Shown piece by piece: positions 1 to 11,100 of a stretch of DNA of 64,000 bases. Both the position numbers and the translations under genes were made by a program. The stretch covers positions 248,001 through 312,000 of the forward strand of contig OZ218958.1 in assembly GCA_965112735.1 (NCBI GenBank). The letters are read 5' to 3'. This DNA comes from Phaeosaccion multiseriatum. Lineage: Eukaryota > Protista > Ochrophyta, other classes. The notes beneath the pieces are model-generated. The model was not told where the DNA came from and ran no database searches. It saw only the letters and a list, made by a program, of their open reading frames with translations. How positions within the stretch are numbered: the first letter of the stretch is position 1; the number at the start of each line of letters is the position of its first letter.

Positions 1-570
1 ACACCTGCGCAGGAGGAGGCGGGAGGCAGCGAGGGAGGGGAGGCCGTCTGGAGCGCAGCAGGCAGGTGCGCAGATGGGGCATCTCCCTTATCTCCTTGCG
101 TAGGAGTCAGCCCAGGGAGGAGGCCGTTTGAGAGTAACATGTCGGCCTCTGTGCCGTAGCGTGCCCACATGCCTTCGCCAGGCAGGGACCGGACTTCCTT
201 CTTGTACAGTACTGAGAGGGGGGGGGGGGAGGGAGGGACATTCCGATAGCTAGCTCAAAGCACCACCCCCCCCTATCCTACGGCCCTACAGACAATCCGA
301 CACATCCTCCTCGGCGTATCATAGACGTACAGTACAGTGGGAAGGTGTGTGAGAGAAGTGAGGAGTGTGAGAGGGAAGGAAAAATGAAAAAGGCGGGGAA
401 AAAAAGAGTTTCCGTTTCATGGCGGCGCCGCCAAAATTTATAAATTTATCATTTCTTCCAAGGGCGGGCCGATGTGTGGGGCCACATCACTTTAAGAAGC
501 TTTCATGGCAGGCTTTCCTTAAAACGCAACAGGAAGCGGTTCAAGGGGCAAAGAGCAACACTGCGGGGAG

Positions 571-2912
571 ATGGCGACGTTCTCCTTCGCAGCGTTCCTG
601 CTGCTGTTGCTGGCGCCCAAGAACTTCTACGGTAAGATAAGGAGTCACGGGGAATCCTCCTGCGTGCTTGAGGTGCAGTGACGAGGACGCAGATCTGTCG
701 TTGGCCTTTCGTGCCCTCTCCGTCTCCCAGCTCTGCAGAATACGGCCCTAGGACAAGATGTGGTCTCACAAATGGAAACCAAACCGAGCAACCTTCCTTC
801 GTGTAGATAATCGTGTGCCCCTGTACCCTCCCTCCTCCTAAGAGCTACGCTTCTAACACACCTGGCCGGCTGGTTCCTTTCTGACGCCCTGCTTGGCCAA
901 CCTCCTGCTCCTCTCCTTGTTCCCTCCCCTCCTTAGTTGATGCTGGGGTCGAACTCGTTGCCGATATTCCCCAGCCCAACCTTCGGGGGGGTTGCACACC
1001 GCGCTGTTCGAACACCGTCGATAATGGCCGGTACAGATGCGATGTTGATGTCGACGGGAACAGGCTCTGCAACACTTTCGAGCTCTTGGGTAAGCCCTTC
1101 TCCTCTCTCTCTCTGTCTGTCTCTGTCTCTCTCTTTGCCTGGAGAGGCGCTCCCTCCCTGCACCCCACCTTGACCGTCGCCTAAGTCATATGACCCGTCC
1201 GTTGTTTGTGTTTGCTTGCAGGGCCGCACACGTGCCACTTTCACTACTACACTCAGAGCGAAGTCGCTCGGTGCATGGCGGAGAAACGTGAGTTACACCT
1301 CTGGTCCTCGCTGTGGACATACGTCTTTGAGGGGTTGAGGGCTCTGCTTGTGCAACTCTCGTCCTCCCCAGGCCCCCTCCCTCTTCCTCACCCTTAGCTC
1401 CTTCTCCACCTCCCTCTCTCTCTCTACCTCTCTCCCATATCTCTCTCTTTGTCTCTCGTCTGACCAGGCCCCCCTGGTCAAAGGGCCCCCTTCAACTACA
1501 TGGTGTTTGGCTCCTCCATCCTCATGGGCACGCTTTTTGCCGCCGCACCGTGGGTGAGTGAATTGGCATTCCAGCTGGAGCGCTTTGTCCCTACATTTCA
1601 AAGATGCTGTGCGGTTTCGTCCGACAGGGAGGTGTCCCTCCCTTCCTTGAACAGCCCTTCCCAATCTAATGCCAAACCCAAGGAGGGGCAGCCCTTCCCA
1701 ACCCAATGCCAAACCCAAAGAAGGAGCCACGCGCAAGTGCAATCCCGCACCGACCCACCCTCTGCCGCTCCGTGGCGGGCCCCTGCTGACCGACCCGTCG
1801 TCGCTCCTCCTCACCTCTCTCTCCCTCCTTTATGTATTCGAACAGCTCGACTATCAGATTGACTCTGATTTCGACTATCAAGACTGGATGTTCGACTCGC
1901 TGCCACCAGGCTCCATGCCCGAAAATGTCATGAACAACTGTGCGCAGCTGGTGCTGGATATCAACAACGGCGTGGTGGATAAGAAGGCCGACTTCAACGG
2001 GGACTGCACAGAGGTAAGTCGATTGGATGAAGGGCAAGGCAGGGTCCTCTTGTGTCTCCCTGTCTCTCCCTCTCTCCACTCTCCCTGCCCGCTCTCGTGC
2101 CATGTTATGTCTCACACGACCACCATGGGGAGGCCCTCGCCACCCCGGCCCTGCCCGCCCTACCTCGCCTCCCCGCAGGTGTACGAGCACAGCCGCAGGG
2201 GAAATGGGGCCTTCCGCGGGCAGGCAAGCATAGTGTGGGCAGCGGCGTATTCGCCAGATCTGCTGGATGTCCAACTGGACCACCTCTTAGAGGCAGGACG
2301 CGAGCAGGACGAGGGGCACATGGTACTCTACCTGGGCCAGTGGTACATCTTCTGCCTCCTAGGGCGGCAATGGGCGTGTGACATTCTGGGAGACGAGGGG
2401 GAGGACCTGCAGGAGCTCGCCGGTGAGGAGGACCCGGAGGAAGCGCTGGAGATGCAGGTGGAGTACTTTCAGGACAAGTACACCGCCGTTGTGCTGCGCA
2501 TCATTGACGAGTTCCCCAATATTTCACTCACCCTCACCGGCTTGAGGAGGTACTCGGTGAGTGCCGTGGTGGGGGCGGGGGGGGGGGGGGTGGCTCCCTT
2601 TGTTCACTTCCGTCCACTTCTTGTCCGCTTTGTCCACCCCCCCCTATACATCACTCTCCCGCCCGTCTTCACTCACACTCCCATTCCCAAAGTCTCCCCC
2701 TTACCCTCACCCTCGCTGACACATCTAAAAGCGCTGAAGATCGAGCCGCCTACTGACTGTTGACCTGCTCGATATCGACCTCTCTGATCCACACATGTAC
2801 CCCAGGTCCTCACCAGACGCTTCGACGACGTGATCCGACAAGTACGTGGCTGAGTGGGTGTGAGTGGGTCTGAGGGTTGGACAGGGAGTTTCAGTTTCAT
2901 GGGCAGGAATTC

Positions 2913-2986
<74 letters not shown>

Positions 2987-5900
2987 TGTGTGTGTGTGTG
3001 TGGGTGGGTGGGTGGGTGCGTATGCGTACGTGCGGGCGGGAGAAGGAATGGCGGGTAGTGACTCATATGTTCAGGGGCTGCAGGGTCCTCTTTGCCCCCT
3101 TCTCCTTCCCCGCCTCACTCATCCGCCCCTTGGCCCTCTGTGTCCTTGCCCTCCCTCCCTCCCTCCCTCCCTCCCTCCCTCCCTCCCTCCCTCTCTCCCT
3201 CCCTCCTTCCTTCCCTCCCTCCGCCCCTCCCTCCCTCCCTCCCTTTCAGCTTGCCGTCGGACTTGAGTACCTCTCTTTGGACGGCACTTGCAACTTGGAA
3301 CCCAACCAACCTCCCGATATATTGGACCACCCCTCCCCCATGGTCAATCACGCTCTCTTTCAGCGCCTCATGTCTTCCATGTGTGCGGACACAAGCGTGG
3401 GGGAGGCGTTGGAGTGTGAGGAGGAGGTGAGTCAGAGAGTCAGTCTGTCAGTACGTCCGTCAGTCAGTCAGGCACTCAGTCAGTCAGAGAGTCAGTGAGT
3501 CAGTGAGTCAGTCAGGCAGTCAGGCAGTCAGTCAGTCAGTCAGGCAGTCAGTCAGGCAATCAATCAGTCAGGCAATCAGTCAGTCAGCAAGTCAGTGAGT
3601 CAGGCAGGAAGGAAGGCAGGCAGGCAGGCAGTCCGTCAGTCAACGTCAGTCAACAAGTCAATCAGTCAGTCAATCGGTCAGTCAGCCAGTCAGTCTGCCA
3701 GGCGCTCGGTCACTTAGTCACTCAGTCACTCAGTTACTCAGTATACTCAGTCACACAGTCACACAGTCACTCAGTTAGTCAGAAGTCAAATGAGCAAGTC
3801 CGTCAGTTAGTCAATCAGTTAGTCAATCAAGTCATGCAGGCCATCAGTCAGTCAGGCAGCCAGCCAGGCAGTGATTCAGACGCTGTGATGTGCCGCTCCT
3901 CCTGAGCTCATTCCCCCCCCAACCACTTGAACACGCGGACGCTCCCTCCCACTCTTTGCTCGCCAGGTAGTGGGATCTCCCGGCTGTCAAACAGAAACCT
4001 ACGACAATCCAAGCGGCGATTGGTTTGCCCAGTTCGACAGGGGCTGTAACTACAAGGCCTTCACTTCGGTTCTTCCCGACGTGCTCTTTCTCGCCCCTGC
4101 CCCAACCTGCGTCCGAGGGGGTCCCAACCTCTTTGCCAACCCAGGGGTGGAGCGCCGTCTCGCGCCCTGGCAGACGTACTCACGAGCACCCGAGAACTCT
4201 ATTAGTCATGTGGAGGGAAACGGTAATGGCGGGGCCCGCTTCAATATCGCCAGGCCTGGGGGCGCCGACTGGCACGTTCAGTTGTTCCAAGTGCTGTCTG
4301 TGTCGGAGTTGACCCTGGGGGAGAGGTTCACCGTGACATTCGATGTGCTTAGCAACGAGGGGACCACTCGTTTGGTCTACCCTTACATTCAACAAGTCAA
4401 CGCTCCCTACGAGCCCCTCAGCGATCCGGCACCCTGTAGCGTTGGTCCTTCGGACCTGACTCAGTGCTCTGTGACTGGGGTGATTTCCTCCGTGGCCACA
4501 CCGGTCAAGTTTGGCATTCAGGGAGGCGAGTCAGCGGTGGATTTTTCCGTTCACGGAGCCTCCCTGTGTAGGGATCCGGAGAGGACATGCGGCGATGGCA
4601 GCGGCGGCCTCCTCGCCAACTCCAACTTGGATGACGGCTTTGGCACCTCGTGGCGTGCCTACGTAAAGCCTACTGGGACCCCGCTAGACGCCTCCTTCAG
4701 CGCGGACAACGGGGCAGTGACGTTCAACATCGACACAGCGGCAAGGAACAGCTGGCACATGCTTGTAAGTGGGTTGGGGGGGAGGGGCACGGCACTGCTG
4801 TGGCTGGTGTAGTGTCGAGTAGTGCCCTCCCTGCCTGCTGCCTGCCCTTCTCATCTCCCCCTGCTTGCTCTCACACCCCCCTCCCCTCCGCAGTTGTCCC
4901 AAACTATTCCAGCGGCGAGGCTGGAGCAGGGCGTGCTATACACTTTGTCCTTCCGCCTCAAGGCCGAATCCACGCGGACGGTGCGACTCTTCGTCCGACA
5001 GCAGGGCAGGCCCAACACCTTCTTCGCCCGTAAGACAGTCACCATCTCACCCACGGAAGCAATCTACACCGTGACCACGGAAATCACGAGCTTCACAAGA
5101 CCCGTGCGGTTCGGTATTGAGGGGGGCGCTTCCGACGTCGATTTCACTGTGGACGATGCGCTGCTGTGCGCGACGCCGGTGCCGAGAACGTGCCGCGATG
5201 GCAGCATCGGCCTGCTCGAGAACTCCAACTTGGATGATGGCATTGGCGCTCCGTGGCAAACCTATGTAAAGCCTACGGGTACCCCGCTAGACGCCTCCTT
5301 CAGCACGCCAAACGGGGCAGTGCGGTTCAACATCGAGACAGCGGGAAGGAACAGCTGGCACATGCTTCTGTACCAGCGTCTTGGCGTGGAGCAGCTGGAG
5401 CAGGGGGCGCTGTACACCTTCTCCTTCCGCCTCCAAGCGGATTCCAGCCGGGCGGTTCGACTCTTCGTCCGACAGCAGGGCAGGCCCAACGCTTTCTTCG
5501 CCCGTAAGACAGTCACCATTTCTCCTACGGAGGACATTTACACTGTCAGCGCGGTGGTGGACGATTTGAGGCGGCCTGTGCGCTTCGGCGTCGAGGGGGG
5601 CGCTTCCGCAGTGGACTTTATCGCGGACGACGCGCTGCTCTGCTCTACCGCGGCAAACGGCCTCTTTCGAAACCCGCGCTTCTCTGCTGGCACCGATGGC
5701 CTTAACAGGTGGGAAGACTACCTGGCGCTGACGCTGGGTATAGAGGGGTCTTGGAGTCGTGCGAGTGAGGCTGGCGGCGCTGAGCTCGAGGTTACGGCAC
5801 TTGCCGCCGCACCGATGGACTGGCACGCGCAAATGTTCCAGTCGTTTAATATCGAGACGGCCGGCACCTACCGGCTGGCGTTTGAGATATCTGCGCCAGA

Positions 5901-6111
5901 GGGAGACTTCTTGCTGGCCCTGTATGCCCAACAGGTGGACGACTTTGTGGTGTTGGACAGGACCACTTGCGTCGCCGTGGCAGCGCGGGCGTGGTGTGTC
6001 TTGGAGGCAGAGGTGGTGAATGTGCCTGCGTTGATCAAATTCGGCGCGGAGGGGGGCAACAGTTTAGGCAAGGTGGTGCTCCATGAAGCGATGCTTGCGC
6101 TGTTGCCATAG
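571..6111 (+). CDS. Multi-exon secreted protein: signal peptide + PC-esterase/SGNH-like domain + four tandem CBM4/9-like carbohydrate-binding modules
   Basis: Exon 1 (571-631) encodes MATFSFAAFLLLLLAPKNFY followed by gtaag. Phase-compatible exons at ~937-1089, 1222-1288, 1468-1553, 1846-2013, 2179-2556, 2807-2841, 3250-3426, 3967-4764 and 4894-6111 give C-HFHYYTQSEVARCM...MVFGSSIL and DILDHPSPMVN...SSMC, resembling the PC-esterase GDS and D..H blocks. Four ~150-aa modules follow, each with N-x-x-(F/L/V)..W, W-H-x-(Q/L)-x-x-Q and (Y/F)-T/R-x-x-F patterns typical of CBM4/9. Small extra exons between 730 and 870 are possible. Confidence 0.7.
2916..3000. repeat. (GT)n microsatellite in an intron
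   Basis: Near-pure GT dinucleotide run seen directly. Confidence 0.95.
3430..3870. repeat. Degenerate (TCAG/GCAG)n tetranucleotide microsatellite filling an intron
   Basis: About 440 bp of gtcagtcag variants between the donor at 3427 and the acceptor at 3966. Confidence 0.9.
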
Positions 6112-6594
6112 GAGCGGAGCAAGAGCAGAGAGAGGGGATGACTGCGGCGGGGGTTGGCGATTGGAGCAAGTTGGATGTCGATACGACACGGCGTATCGAG
6201 CCTAGGAGGGCAAGAGGTGTCTCGCATGGCCCCTTGCGTGGGCCAGATTTTTGTTTGCTTCTGGGGTGTATATATTAAAGGTGGGTTGGGTTGGGCGTAG
6301 AAGGGGTGGGCTCGCTCTCCTACGGGGCCTAGAGCGGGCAGGCTTGCCCCAGTTTTGCAGCAATGGGCAGCTTCCAGTAATTGAAAAATAAATTTATATA
6401 GTTTAAAACTGATTTGTAAAGACTTCAGTAGTAATTCATTACAACAATTGATTTGTAAAGACTTAAGTAATTGCAAATTGCAAGGGTCCTCAGACCCATG
6501 GAGCACCAGGTGGAGCACCAGCATCCTCCTGCTCACTGGAGGGAGTCTGACTGATCCAATCAGCACGACTTCCCTGCCCAGGCCCTCACATCAC

Positions 6595-6662
6595 CACACA
6601 CAAACACACACATACAGAATACACACACAGAATACACACATTAATACACACACACATACACA

Positions 6663-6739
<77 letters not shown>
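6595..6739. repeat. (CA)n microsatellite, intergenic
   Basis: CA run seen directly. Confidence 0.95.
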
Positions 6740-6742
<3 letters not shown>

Positions 6743-7420
6743 AACAATATTGACCAATTACATAAAATACGCTTTCTGGCAAGGTTTTGTCTGATAAGAC
6801 GGTCACCCCCCCGCCCCCCCCTCCAGAGTCTCGAACCTCTCCCACAGGGCTCCGCGCGACCTGCGGCAATGGAGGAGGAGTAGTCAGCCAGAGAGGGCGC
6901 ATCGCAGCAGGTCAGCAGGGGATAGGCGAGCTTCAGCACGAGTCACCCTACGCTGCTTTCCGCTTTTCTGCCCGAGCGCTTAGGCTTGACTTACCAGCAA
7001 CGGCCACTGCCGAGCGGCTGCTGGGAGACTCTCCTGTCCGGGGGTGGAAGGGCACTCACTCGCTCACTCAAGCGGGTATTGAGGTATTTCTCCTAATGGG
7101 TGTAGCAACGGTCCTGGTGGTCGGTCACGGTGGGACACGGAGAGGGTTGGGACACGGAGAGGGTAGCGATGCAAGGCACAGGGAGAAGAGAAGCGTGACG
7201 GATCCGGAAAGCGGGTGCAACAGGCCAGGCAGGTAGCTTGCAATAGCGCAATCGGCCGAACACACTGAAAACCCCACTGGCTGCTGTCCTCTGATCTGCG
7301 CGTGTATATCATCTTCCCCTCGCTCTTCGGCCGCAAGACGACGGGCGCTGCGTCATTTCCACTACCCATTATTCCTACCAACGGTAAGCCACGGCATGCC
7401 TGGACAAGAAGTCCTCGGCT

Positions 7421-8008
7421 TCAATAATGGCGGACCCCTCTTCGTTCCCTCCCTTTGCTTGTTGCCTCACCTCCACTAGATGGCGAGCCCAGACAAAGAT
7501 CTGTATACATATTCTGAAGGTCAGCAATAGTGCTCTCCTCTTCTTCATCCCAGGAGCTGCCGTGGATGCTGTCTTCGAGAGAGCTGCTCTCCTCGAGAGT
7601 CTCCAGCAGGGTGGTCATGGGAGTTGGCACACAAGTGTTCATCCCTGTACACGCCTCCGTGTACAGGCTCTGCAGCTCCTCGAAGGTGAGAAGACTCATT
7701 GAGTTGCTCGTTATTGAGTCCGGGAGAGGTAGATGATAGGGTATTTTACCGCCTCTTTTCCTCTCAACAAGCAGCGCTTTCAGTTTCAGCTTCATTTCAA
7801 CTGATTCCAACTGCTCAAGGAACGACAACAAATTACCTATATGCCTCCAAATGACATCCTCCCTCTTCCCGGTGCACACACTCGGTCGCCCGGAAAAAGA
7901 CGGAACACACAACTCATAGCAAAGAAAAGGCAACCCGTCTGGTGGAGAAGAGCTTCTAGCGGGAGTTACATAAAGAAGCGCTGTCCAGTCTTGGGGGAGG
8001 GAGGGCAA
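7421..8008 (-). CDS. Hypothetical protein (possible exon of an unresolved gene divergent from the EDR2-like gene)
   Basis: 195-codon non-repetitive ORF with a plausible helical/acidic composition. It has no recognisable motif and no ATG at the ORF start. Confidence 0.25.
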   Translation of the reverse strand: MPSLPQDWTALLYVTPARSSSPPDGLPFLCYELCVPSFSGRPSVCTGKREDVIWRHIGNLLSFLEQLESVEMKLKLKALLVERKRGGKIPYHLPLPDSITSNSMSLLTFEELQSLYTEACTGMNTCVPTPMTTLLETLEESSSLEDSIHGSSWDEEEESTIADLQNMYTDLCLGSPSSGGEATSKGRERRGVRHY

Positions 8009-8199
8009 CTTATTTGGCCGAGGGAGGGAGTTCTTTTGTAGAGAGAAGGAAAAAGGGGGAGAGAGAAAAGGTCTTTCTTTCTAGAGAGGTGGCCTTCTGC
8101 GGAGGCAAAAACAAGGGATGCTAGCAATGAGTTAGAGAGAATCGCGGAATAGCGGGGCAAGGAAGAGGGTTCGGCACGTCTCGTACTCTGCTCTCACTC

Positions 8200-11100
8200 A
8201 TGACTCAATCTCGATCTCCACGGGAATTTGGCTCCACGCCCATTCACGCCTCACCTCCAATGCTCGAGAAGAAGGGGTCTTGGGGATCAAGAGCCTGGGG
8301 GGGCGGGGGAGGAGGAGGAGGAGGAGAAGAAGACAGGCCAGCAGGCACTGACGGTCATCGGACCATTTCGGATGGTAAGATCGGATAAGGAAAGGGTGGG
8401 GTTTGATGTACAGCCAGTGTTGCCTCTTGTATGGGTAGGCGCGAGAGCTTCGCTTTCCCTCGAGGAGAGCTAATGTTCTGCGGAAGTGTGAACCTCTTAT
8501 TCGCTCTTCTCCTCACCTCCCATGCTGTTCTTTGTTGTTCTTTATACCGTTCTCCCTGCCCCCCCCCCCCCTTGACCTTCCATCCTCCGAGCAGGCGATC
8601 AGCAGCAATCGAACCAGTGCGGAGAACGAGTGCGCACCCCTGAGTACTATCAGCAGGTAAGACGAGGGTGGGCGTTGTGGCGCCATCTCCAACTTCTTTC
8701 TCCCGCTCACCAGAACTCTCTCTCTCTCCCTCTCTCTCTCCCTCTCTCTCTCTTTCTCTCTCTCTCTTCTCTGTTTACTTTCCCGTGTCTCCCACTACCT
8801 GCCCCCTCTGTTTACTTCCCATCTCTCCCACTACCTCTCCCATCGTTCGTTCCCCTTTTCCCTTCTTTCTAATTCTCGTTCCATCTCTCGCACCGCCTCT
8901 CTCCTCTTATCCCTTCTCTCTTCCCTCTCTCTCTTACGCCCTCTCACATGTATATATGCATACATCTCTCCATCCTCTCCTCCAGAATGCCTCCATGAGG
9001 GCGCCCCCATCTCCAGGGGCGGGGGGAACGACTGGAGGACTAGCAGCAGGAGTCCTACCTCAATTCTTTCCCGGCGAGGATGAGGGAGCATGCACCACCC
9101 TCCAGCACGACCTTGGCGCTCATGGAACCGTCATCGCCGGCCTCATTCCCCACGGCCGGCAGCAGCAGACCGAGGTGATCAAGGAGGGAAAGGTCAGGAA
9201 GAAGAGTGGGCGGATGAACTCATGGAACGATAGGCACCTAAAGCTAAGGTCCGGCGGGCTGCTGGAGTATTACGACAAGCAGAGCGACGCCGAACCCAAA
9301 CTCACCTTCGTGCTCAGCAGCAAGTGCCAAGTCGGACCGGTGAAGAAGCTCAAGAGGCCGGGGAGCAAGAGTAGTCTATATGCCTTCAAATTGTGGTGGC
9401 CGGACACTCCTGCCAAGGGGGGAGGGGGAAGTAGTGGGAGCCCCACTCCGAGCCGACGAGGAAGTGGCTGTCAGAGCAGTACAGGGGTGCCAGCCGGGTT
9501 GCTCGAAGACGCAGGGGAGGACGAAATGGAGGAGAAGGGGGTGAAGGGGGAGGAGGGGGAGGAGGGGGGGCAAGAGGTGGAGGAGGAGGACGAGGAGGAC
9601 GGTGGCGAGGTGGTCTATCCGCCGTTGTCGCTGGCGTCAGGAAGACGGCGGTTGTCTAAGGCGGCGCACGGTGACATGGCGCGCGACGCGGCGGCAGCAG
9701 CGACAGCGGTATCAGCATCTGCGATACCATCGCCCATGGAAGCACTGGACGGGAGTGGAGGAAGGAGGAGTAGGAGTGCCACCATGGCAGGAGCAGAAGG
9801 ATGGAGAGGAGGAGGGGGAGGAGGAGGGCGACGGACTCGAATGGTGAGCAGCCAGTCTCCGGCCAAGGGCAGCGGAGCGGGTGGTGCTTTCGTGCGCTCG
9901 CAACGGTCAGGACCATTTGCAAGCGGATCACGGGGCAGGAGGAGTAGTGGGGAAGCCCAAAAGGGTGAGGGGGGGGGCGCATCCTCTGAGGCGGGCTTCC
10001 GATTGCCAAAGAGTCGATCCCTCTCCGCAGATGATGTCGAAGTGGCTGCGAGCGTGGCGGTGGGGGGCCGGTCGGCAGCCACCAACGGAGAGGGAAGCAG
10101 CAGCGGCGCCGGAGATGGGGGTGGCGTACACCCCGGGGGCGGAGGAGGGGACTGCGAGGGAAGAGGAGGAGGAGGAGGAGGAGGAGGAGGAGGAGGAGGA
10201 GGAGGAGGGAGCTCAGGACTGACAGTTTCAGCCGCTCGAGACACGGAGGTGCGTGGAGTGACTCGAACGTCTTGTCTGGCCTGAACAGATGCTTGTCTGG
10301 CCTGAACAGATGCTTGTCTGGCCTGAACAGATGCCTGTCTGGCCTGAAAAGATGCCTGTCTGGCCTGAACAGATGCCTGTCTGGCCTGAAAGGATGCCTG
10401 TCTGTTCTGAAAGGATGCCTGTCTGGCCTGAAAAGATGCCTGTCTGGCCTGAAAAGATGCCTGTCTGTGCGGAAAGGATGTCGGGCGGCAGGGTCGGATG
10501 GCAGGCTTAGGGTTGGGTGACAGAAGGTCGGATGGCAGCCTTAGGGTTGGGTGACAGAAGGGACGTCCGCTCTACTCTCACTTCATGCTCCGCTCTTCGC
10601 GACCGGCCTTCCTCTGCTGCACATGTATATTTACAAGCTTGTGCATCTCTGACTCTCGGCGAATCTCACTTGCACTACAAGCTTGTACCTCTGTGGCTCT
10701 CTGACTCCAATGTACACATGTACCAGCTGCTATACCTTTCTGACTCCCTCGGCTATTCTGTTGTACTGCACATGTACAAGCTGCTTTACCTCTCTGTGGA
10801 CTCTTGTCTGTTCTGTACTGTGCCTGGGCCCCTGCCCCTGTCCTATGCAATTAACCCCCCATGCTGCGCGCTCTCACTCCCTGTCTCTCCACCCCCTCTC
10901 CCTCCCTCTCTCTCTCTCTCTCTCTCTCTTGCCTACCTATAGGGAGACGTGGGCAAGGAAGACAGACCCAATGTGACCATTCAGGGCCTCGTTGTGGCTC
11001 AGAAGGAGCACAGAGAGTTGGCGAGAACGTGGAGAACAAGATTCGCCAAGCTGGCTGAGGAGAAGGTGTTGGAGTCAACAGAGTCCAAGAAGAAGGAGCT

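Noticed and set aside
1-345. Possible minus-strand exon fragments (LYKKEVRSLPGEGMWARYGTEADMLL...) of a gene leaving the window
   Set aside because: An acceptor-like site and open frame exist, but there is no recognisable motif or start; too little support to call.
2725-3498. ORFs with [16 protein letters not shown] or REGG runs (here and throughout the window)
   Set aside because: These are translations of stop-free intronic microsatellites, not proteins.
6787-7400. Short ORFs and splice-like signals on both strands
   Set aside because: No consistent exon chain or recognisable protein could be built.
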